Source: Candidatus Heimdallarchaeota archaeon (GTDB taxonomy: Archaea > Asgardarchaeota > Heimdallarchaeia > Heimdallarchaeales > Heimdallarchaeaceae). From it: a stretch of DNA of 64,000 nucleotides. The translations under genes and the position numbers were made by a program. The notes under the pieces were generated by a model. The model ran no database searches, had not been told where the DNA came from, and worked only from the letters and a program-made list of their open reading frames with translations. The stretch covers positions 1 to 64,000 of the forward strand of contig JAHLWR010000003.1 in the NCBI GenBank assembly GCA_019057815.1, written 5' to 3'. Below are positions 57,068 to 64,000 of the stretch, in pieces; the first letter of the stretch is position 1; every line of letters starts with the position of its first letter.

Positions 57068-58426
57068 TTGAACAATTTACATATTACAGCATACGGGGCA
57101 ACAGATTTTGTAGGACGAAGTTCCTTTGTTATAGGTGATAAAGACCACAATGTAATGTTAGACTGTGGGATTCAACTGATTCCCAATCAACTCTCTGAAG
57201 CTCCAAAAGGTTTGGAAGAAATAGCTCAAAATTTAGATGCTGTTATTCTTAGTCATGCTCATATAGATCATACTGGGTATGCGCCAAAAATGGTTGATTT
57301 TGGTTTTGAGGGTAATTATTTAATGACTCAACCAACCAAGGATATAGTTTACAGATTATGGATAGATCATCTCAAAATCGAAGGAGAAAGACACTGGAGA
57401 GAAGATGATCTGCATCAAACTTATACGAAAATAAAAACTTTTGAATATAAAAAGAAAATTAAGATAGCTGATGGAATTACAGCAGAGTTCCTGAATGCAG
57501 GTCATGTTTTGGGAGCCACGCAAGTTTTACTAGATTGGGAGGGGACCCTTATTCTATATACTGGAGATATAAACGATAGAGTAACTCCAATGTTTGATGG
57601 ATATGATCTACCTGAAGAAGATATTGACATATTAATAATAGAATCAACTAATGGTGACAGATATGTTCCAGAGAGATACAAAATCGATGTCGGTTTTAGA
57701 ATGATAGCAAAACAAACAGTCGAAGAAGGACATAAACTGCTTTTACCATCATTCGCAGTGGGTAGATCTCAAGAAACACTTATCACCCTTGCTCTTGATC
57801 CAGACTTAGATAATGTTCCTGTATATATTGATGGAATGATTAACGCTATGAACATGATCACAGAGGCTTATTTATCGGAAAAGTGGGTTTCAAAACGCTT
57901 TCTAGATAATTTAAAAGAACGAGGGTTAGTTTCACCCTTTAAGAAAGAAAATTTCATTCCTGTTTCTTCAATATCAGATAGGAGAAATAGAGCAAGAAAG
58001 TACATTGCCACTAGCAAAGAAGGGTTAATAATAGTTACAACTAGTGGAATGGTGATGGGTGGTCCTATTCACTCATATCTAGACTATTGTGGATGGAAAA
58101 AAGAGAACATCATAGGATTTACAGGTTATCAAGTAAAAGGAACAACAGGAAGAGAAATTGTTGATGGTGAAAAGAAAATCAAAATCTTTAGCGATCGTTA
58201 TCATCCGAAAACAATCGATTTAAAAGCACAAATCATGAAATTCCCTTATTCTGGACATAGCTCTGTTGATGGATTAAAACGATATATGCAAGAATCTAAA
58301 GCAGAGAATATTTTCTTAGTGCATGGAGAAAAACAAAATCAAGACTATATAATTAATTTCGTTAAAGATATTGCATCACCAAAAACACTAAATGAACATG
58401 AAAAAACACCTCTAATGGATAACTGA
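57068..58426 (+). CDS. MBL-fold beta-CASP ribonuclease without KH domains (aCPSF2-like)
   Basis: SHAHIDH, NAGHVLG, YTGD, ESTNG, FAVGRSQE, YSGHS, LVHGE. Confidence 0.9.
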   Translation: MNNLHITAYGATDFVGRSSFVIGDKDHNVMLDCGIQLIPNQLSEAPKGLEEIAQNLDAVILSHAHIDHTGYAPKMVDFGFEGNYLMTQPTKDIVYRLWIDHLKIEGERHWREDDLHQTYTKIKTFEYKKKIKIADGITAEFLNAGHVLGATQVLLDWEGTLILYTGDINDRVTPMFDGYDLPEEDIDILIIESTNGDRYVPERYKIDVGFRMIAKQTVEEGHKLLLPSFAVGRSQETLITLALDPDLDNVPVYIDGMINAMNMITEAYLSEKWVSKRFLDNLKERGLVSPFKKENFIPVSSISDRRNRARKYIATSKEGLIIVTTSGMVMGGPIHSYLDYCGWKKENIIGFTGYQVKGTTGREIVDGEKKIKIFSDRYHPKTIDLKAQIMKFPYSGHSSVDGLKRYMQESKAENIFLVHGEKQNQDYIINFVKDIASPKTLNEHEKTPLMDN

Positions 58427-58427
58427 A

Positions 58428-59081
58428 ATGAAGCTCTTAAAACCTCCATACTTACAAATAGCACTAGATTTGGTCTCATATGATAGTTTCATAGAAATTA
58501 TCAATAATATTCCATTTTCAGAAAAGATTCTTATAGAAGCAGGAACTCCTCTAATCAAAAAATTTGGAGCAAAAATTATCAAAGAAATAAAAAAGCCCCA
58601 TAACAAATGCTATGTAATTGCCGACATGAAAACTTTAGATGTTGGTTGGTTGGAGGTTCAAATTGGAGCAGAAGCAGGGGCGAATGCAATAGCCATTAGT
58701 GGGTTAGCTCCAATTGAAACGATTACAAGTTCCCTCCAAGAAGCAGAAAAAAGAGACGTTGATATAGTTTTAGACCTAATGAATGTATCTGAACCTTTGA
58801 CATTGTTAAAATCGTTAGAGGAAATCCCACAAATCATACTGTTCCATAGAGGAATAGATCAAGAAGGGAATAAAGAACATCCTTGGGAGTTAATAACAGA
58901 AGTGAAGAAATCATATCCTGAAGCATTGATAGCAATTGCTGGAGGGTTATCGTTAGAAACAAGTAAAAAAGCTCTAAATAAAGGTGCAGACATAATTGTA
59001 ATTGGTAGAGCAATTACTCAAAAGAAAGATATTTCAAATGAGGTTACTAAGTTTCTAGAAATACTAGATAAAAGAAATTGA
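58428..59081 (+). CDS. 3-hexulose-6-phosphate synthase (OMPdecase/HUMPS family)
   Basis: PYLQIALD, IEAGTPLIK, ADMKTLDVG, FHRGIDQE, IAGGL, IVIGRAIT. Confidence 0.85.
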   Translation: MKLLKPPYLQIALDLVSYDSFIEIINNIPFSEKILIEAGTPLIKKFGAKIIKEIKKPHNKCYVIADMKTLDVGWLEVQIGAEAGANAIAISGLAPIETITSSLQEAEKRDVDIVLDLMNVSEPLTLLKSLEEIPQIILFHRGIDQEGNKEHPWELITEVKKSYPEALIAIAGGLSLETSKKALNKGADIIVIGRAITQKKDISNEVTKFLEILDKRN

Positions 59082-59093
59082 TATGATTCCTGC

Positions 59094-59993
59094 CTAATAT
59101 TCATGTACCGTACCCTTGAGCTGAATTCTTCTGTAAATCTTTTTATGGGTCCAATTGAATAAAAAGTACAAAAAAACAGCTGAAACTATTAAAATAATTA
59201 TTGAAATCCAGACTATTGAATCAGTAATATTTCCTCCTCCAAAGAGGCAGAATCTAATAGCTCTCACAGCATGGGTAAATGGAGAAGTATACGCTACAAT
59301 CTTGAGCCATTGAGGGAACAAGTAAAGAGGAAATATACTTCCACTCAACAACTGCAAAATACCTATAATCACCATTGCAACCTCTTTACCTCTCTTAATT
59401 AATATTGTAAAGTTTGCAGCTAGAAGAGAAAGAGAAAAAAATAGTAATAGTAGAGCAAAAACTAGCAATAGAAGTGTAAGAATTGAGAAGATATTAATTG
59501 TAACATCGTAAAACACATTGAAAATGAAAAATATGGGTATGTTATATACAATAAATAAAACTATAGCGTAAACCATTTCAAAGAATATTTCAGACAAGCA
59601 ATATTTTTTCAGACCAAAAGGTAACGTTGTTAAAGTTTCAAATGTTCCTTGTTTTTGTTCGCTTACAAAACTATTCAGTGATTTCATCAAAATTTTTGTT
59701 GTTAAATCCATAACAAGTGCTCCTGCTATAATGAACGAGAAGCTAGATACTATATACCCATCTGCAGCTATTTCTTCTCCTGGGACAAGTTTTGCAATAA
59801 AAACAGCTAATGAAATATAGATAAAAGTGTTAAAGAATCCAATCAGGAGTATGATTTTGTATTGCATAATTATTTTAATATTTCTTTTAAATGTAGCACC
59901 AACCCCTTTTAGGAAGTTAAGATTGGTTGTTTCTCTATTTACAAAAGATTGAGTGACATCATCCAAACCCGGATTGTTTACCATTAATACCAC
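59094..59993 (-). CDS. ABC-2 type permease
   Basis: EQKQGTFE, LSGSIFP...FPQWL..PFTHAV. Confidence 0.85.
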   Translation of the reverse strand: MVLMVNNPGLDDVTQSFVNRETTNLNFLKGVGATFKRNIKIIMQYKIILLIGFFNTFIYISLAVFIAKLVPGEEIAADGYIVSSFSFIIAGALVMDLTTKILMKSLNSFVSEQKQGTFETLTTLPFGLKKYCLSEIFFEMVYAIVLFIVYNIPIFFIFNVFYDVTINIFSILTLLLLVFALLLLFFSLSLLAANFTILIKRGKEVAMVIIGILQLLSGSIFPLYLFPQWLKIVAYTSPFTHAVRAIRFCLFGGGNITDSIVWISIIILIVSAVFLYFLFNWTHKKIYRRIQLKGTVHEY

Positions 59994-60856
59994 CCTACAC
60001 TCCCTGTTATTTTGGAACGTTTAATACTCTTTGAGACTAAGAAACAGCTTAAACCACCGATGATAATTATGAAACCTAAAAGTATTAGAAAATTGTACAA
60101 AATGAGGTTGAAATTAGCGTCAGAAGCATATAATATCTCATGAATTGATTGTAAACCGTATGTTAAAGGTAGAGTCCTTGATAAAATACCTGTAAAACCT
60201 GTTAACAAGACTATAGGAAAAACTATCCCAGAAAATGTCTTACTCAATCTATAAATCAGAGCAACTAAACCGCTATTTTTCTTGTACCAAATACAGTATG
60301 CACTAAATAACATAGATATAACAATATGTGATAACAGAATAAGAATTAACAATAGAATAATCAAGATTAGTTCTCTAAAAACGAAATGGAATTCTAATCC
60401 TAAAAATAGGGTTCCGATGGATAAAGCTACAAAAATAGAAATTGAAGAAAGAGCGACACCTGCAAGAGAGGTGCCTAATGCGTACTCAACAATATTAAAA
60501 TGAATAAGAATAGATGGCCATGTTCCAGATAAAATTTCGTTGTAAATATTTCCATTAACAGTACTTAGACTAGTTCCTACGACCATTTGAAGAGCTAAAC
60601 CTACAAAAGCAAATTCAAAATATGTAGCGGACATTCCAAAAATTGTCATATCAGGATTCAACCGACTGAAAAAGAAGTACATCAATATAGTCACAAGATT
60701 CAAAGCTATAACCATAAATAAGCTACTTTTGTAACTTAGTGCACTTTTGATTTTCATTGAAAATATCACCGCAATTCTAGTAAAAGAATTACTGTGTGAG
60801 GTCCTATTTTGAAAGGATTCAAAGATTTTTGAAGTCGAATTAGTTATTATAGTCAT
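59984..60856 (-). CDS. ABC-2 type permease
   Basis: EILSGTW, FSGIVFP, LPLTYGL; likely start ATG at 60856. Confidence 0.82.
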   Translation of the reverse strand: MTIITNSTSKIFESFQNRTSHSNSFTRIAVIFSMKIKSALSYKSSLFMVIALNLVTILMYFFFSRLNPDMTIFGMSATYFEFAFVGLALQMVVGTSLSTVNGNIYNEILSGTWPSILIHFNIVEYALGTSLAGVALSSISIFVALSIGTLFLGLEFHFVFRELILIILLLILILLSHIVISMLFSAYCIWYKKNSGLVALIYRLSKTFSGIVFPIVLLTGFTGILSRTLPLTYGLQSIHEILYASDANFNLILYNFLILLGFIIIIGGLSCFLVSKSIKRSKITGSVGWY

Positions 60857-61880
60857 CTCCAAGATATGGTGTAGGAAAGACTTCTTCGACCTGTTTTCGT
60901 TCATTTTCCATAGATAGAAAAGCAAGAAAAGATTCCTTCAAACTAGGAGAATGAGGAGCTATAGAATAGATCTGTCCCTTCATTTGTACTATTAAAATCG
61001 TTAATCTGGCTATTGATTCATTTAGTGAGAACTCTTTTGGCTCAATTCTAGCTTCAAAAGCTCCACGTAAATTATCTCTTTTTTCTATTAAAGATAATTC
61101 CGCCCCAACTGACTCTCTAATAGCATACTTGAAACTGGGCAAATGAAAATCTGACACAGAGAAACTAACAAAAATATGTTTTTTAGCAGTAATTTGTTTA
61201 AATCTTTCAGGAGAACAATCTTTAACTAAACATCCTTTATCGATTAGTAACAACCGATTCGCTAGCTCTTCATGTTCCGTGAAATTGTGACTTGTTAACA
61301 ATATAGTAGTCCCAAATTCATTATTAAGTTCTATTAACAGCTCGTGGGCTTTTACAGAACTTACAGCATCCAACCCAGAAGAAAACTCATCTAGTAAGAG
61401 TATTTTTGGATTAGGTAGTAATGATCTTATCAAAGCTACTTTAGTCTTCATTCCTGCTGAAAGTTTCATGACAAGAGTATCTTTTTTAGAATATAAGTCA
61501 AAATATTTTAGTAATGAAGTAATCCTAGCTTTAGTTTCTTTTTTTGAAACACCTGCTAAAGTAGCATAAAATTTTAGATTGTCATTAACAGATAAGCGAT
61601 AATACAGACTTCTCCCGCTGCTCTCTCCAAAAACAGTTCCTATGATTTTCCTTATTTTTCGATCATTTTTAAGTGGAATATTATCTAAATAGACTTCTCC
61701 AGATGTTGGTAATAAAATTGTAGAAAGTATTTTAGTTAAAGTGGTTTTTCCTGCTCCATTAGGACCTAATATACCTACAAGTTCTCCCTTATCGATATCT
61801 AAAGTTATGTCATTTAAAGCTGTAATTCCTTGTCCTCTTTTATTAAAGATTTTAGTTACATTACGTAGCTCTATTGACAC
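60840..61880 (-). CDS. ABC-2 type ATPase
   Basis: GPNGAGKTT, LSAGMK, LLLDE, TSH. Confidence 0.9.
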   Translation of the reverse strand: MSIELRNVTKIFNKRGQGITALNDITLDIDKGELVGILGPNGAGKTTLTKILSTILLPTSGEVYLDNIPLKNDRKIRKIIGTVFGESSGRSLYYRLSVNDNLKFYATLAGVSKKETKARITSLLKYFDLYSKKDTLVMKLSAGMKTKVALIRSLLPNPKILLLDEFSSGLDAVSSVKAHELLIELNNEFGTTILLTSHNFTEHEELANRLLLIDKGCLVKDCSPERFKQITAKKHIFVSFSVSDFHLPSFKYAIRESVGAELSLIEKRDNLRGAFEARIEPKEFSLNESIARLTILIVQMKGQIYSIAPHSPSLKESFLAFLSMENERKQVEEVFPTPYLGDDYNN

Positions 61881-61893
61881 ACTAAAATTAATT

Positions 61894-62043
61894 CTAAGAT
61901 TCTATATAAACTCCGCAAAAGGAACAAGTAAGTTCGCAACGATGTTAATCAAAGATAGGTTCAGTAGAGTAACATTCAAGACAATGGAAAGTAGCAAAAG
62001 GATACTTGTTGACGAATTGAACACTTTCAGACTAATTTAACAC
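61894..62043 (-). pseudogene. Stop-interrupted TFIIB-type zinc-ribbon small ORF
   Basis: Minus frame reads (M)LN*SESVQFVNKYPFATFHCLECYSTEPIFD*HRCELTCSFCGVYIES*. Confidence 0.55.
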
Positions 62044-62130
62044 TATCTTCAAACAATAATGATTAAAATGAAATATAAAGGATGTAAAAAAGGTTGCAGT
62101 TAGATTGCTGAAAAAGAGAAAAAAAAGCCT

Positions 62131-63922
62131 TTAAGCTTTCTTTCTTTTTCTGAAAATCATAGCGCTAGATACTCCAATAAATGAAAAAATGAAGATTGCT
62201 ATGTTCAACGTTCCAAATTCTGCAACAACTGGTTCTTCACCAACTGTGAAGTTAAATACATCTGAAAATCTTCCTAATGTTGAATGGCCGATGTAAAAAG
62301 CTACTCTCCAATAATATGTAATATCTTCATCCAAAGGAGTGCTTATAGTGTAATTAGTTTCGTGGAAGAAAAGAGATTCATTAAGAATTAGGGTAGTAAA
62401 CGAGGGGGATATGTCCAATTGTAGCAAATATCCATATACCCCAGGCATGTCTTCCCAATCAAAATTAGGTGTATTTTCTTCAATATATGAGTCATGTGTT
62501 GGATATAGAAGTTCCATCTCAACATCGATTGTTACATAATCAAAAGCTAAATTGTATACAACTGGTGTAGTTCCTTCGTCTATTGTGCTTAATTCTGCTC
62601 GCCATCTAAGATACATTCCACTATTTGTAAAAATATGTTCAACTCCAGGTATTATGGATTCCCAGCTATTCCCACCATCAGCGGAAACAAAATAGTTTAT
62701 TGATGTGTCTAGTTCATAATAATCTGAAACAGATAGTGTGACTTTTTCAATTATTTCCCCAGTAGTGGCATAATATATGGTTGAAGATTGTGCGACAGCG
62801 TAGAAATCATATAATTCTCCATAATGAAGACCTGAATCAGCAATTTTCAAGGAATAAAGACCGACTGTTGTTGCAGCAACAAAGGCATAATCGCCTGAAA
62901 CAAAAACATCGTATCCAGAATTTGCCAGATTATAGAAACCTGAGGCTATTGGATTTTCTGGATCGCTTATATCATAAATTCTCATAATTTTAGTGTCAAA
63001 ACTATAACCTGTAACATAAACATAACTTCCCTCTACGTCAACACCACGATATCTTATATTACCATCAAGATGTGCTACTCTTGTCATGTTAGTCGGATCG
63101 GAGACATCTACAATTTGTAAACCACCTAAATCGCATACTACATAAGCATAGTTTCCAGAAACTTCAACTTTGTTAGCATATCCATCTAAATCTACATTAC
63201 TAATGAATTCGGGACTAGCTGGAGTACTAATATCATAAACATCCAAACCAGCATGAGAAACAGCAATATACAGATAATTTCCAGAGATAGCAACACCATA
63301 AGCATCACTTGTAGTTGGGATATATCCACCCTCATCATAGGGGTTAGAAGCATCAGAGACATTTATTACTCTTAATCCTCCCGAATAAACAGGAATGAAT
63401 GCGTGATTATTATGTACTTTTATGTCGCTTGAAACACTGGGAAGATCGTATTCTGAATGTTTAATTGGATTAGCTTTGTCTGTTATATCCAACACTAAGA
63501 GCCCATAATTACCATTTGCTATATAAGCAAGATTTCCCTCTATATAACTTCCATAAATCCAATCTACTTCGACAGCATCCGTATAATTTCCTGTTTGACT
63601 CAAAGAATCAGGTACAGATATATCGATAATAAAGTATCCATTTGAAGAACCAACGTAAGCGTAAGAACCATCAACAAAGACATTATTTGCAATCCCAGTA
63701 GCAATAATATCTTGATAGATAGGATTTTGTCTAGGTAATTCAATTTGACCTTCACCCCAACCAGTAACATTAGTGTTAGAGGTGTCCCTGTAAGTTGTTG
63801 TTGAAAAAATCTTCAAGAACATCACCTGAAGTAGCAGATTGTACATCAGTTGAGGAAATATTTGTCACTAAAAATGACAAAAGCAAAAATATAGTTAAAT
63901 AATGAATATTTTTTCTTTTCAT
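62131..63922 (-). pseudogene. LVIVD-repeat beta-propeller surface protein with AEFG-TM-KK anchor, frameshifted near codon 39
   Basis: Signal-peptide ORF (MKRKNIHY..VLEDF) joins the LVIVD ORF (STTTYRD..) if one T of the T6 run at 63804-63809 is removed; repeats such as GLLVLDITD, GLRVINVSD, GLQIVDVSDP. Confidence 0.8.
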
Positions 63923-64000
63923 AAGTAATCCTCTCATTTCTAACAAAAATACTTCAATATCTATTAAAAATATTCCTAGCAATACATATGAGAGCTTAAA

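Noticed and set aside
61894-62043. Genome-wide TAA/TAG reassignment to explain the interrupted zinc ribbon
   Set aside because: TAA and TAG end many conserved genes in this window at their expected positions.
1-64000. tRNA, rRNA, IS elements, integrases
   Set aside because: No cloverleaf or rRNA-like GC-rich segments, transposase motifs or terminal inverted repeats seen by eye; tRNAscan or Infernal would be needed to be certain.

Overview
AT-rich, gene-dense archaeal chromosomal segment, most likely from an Asgard archaeon (Heimdallarchaeia-like). That assignment is inferred from an ESCRT-II Vps22/36-like gene, a longin-like protein, S17e, archaeal pilins, IorAB and PEF-type sorting signals. 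Most of it is housekeeping and metabolism: trpB2, aminotransferase, tldD/pmbA, yggS, pyrBI, iorAB, ABC systems, polyprenyl synthase, two ino1 paralogs, class II HMG-CoA reductase, udp, a beta-CASP RNase and HPS. Five things stand out. (1) A class II ribonucleotide reductase is interrupted by four LAGLIDADG inteins (1670 of 2398 aa); one has Arg at the +1 position, so no splicing nucleophile, and one ends in Asp. (2) An orphan, intact, tightly coupled NuoJ-K-L-M-N-like membrane operon has lost most of the proton-pumping charged residues; two paralogous surface proteins precede it and it carries two separate 33-nt tandem duplications. (3) A stand-alone Vps22/36-like ESCRT-II gene and a longin-like 1049-aa protein are present. 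(4) A promoter-linked hairpin is a candidate sRNA, and a TFIIB-type zinc-ribbon ORF broken by stops is hidden in an intergenic gap. (5) An LVIVD surface-protein gene is split by a +1 T in a T6 run. I saw no rRNA, tRNA, CRISPR array or transposase. All assignments come from motif recognition by eye; no database searches were run.
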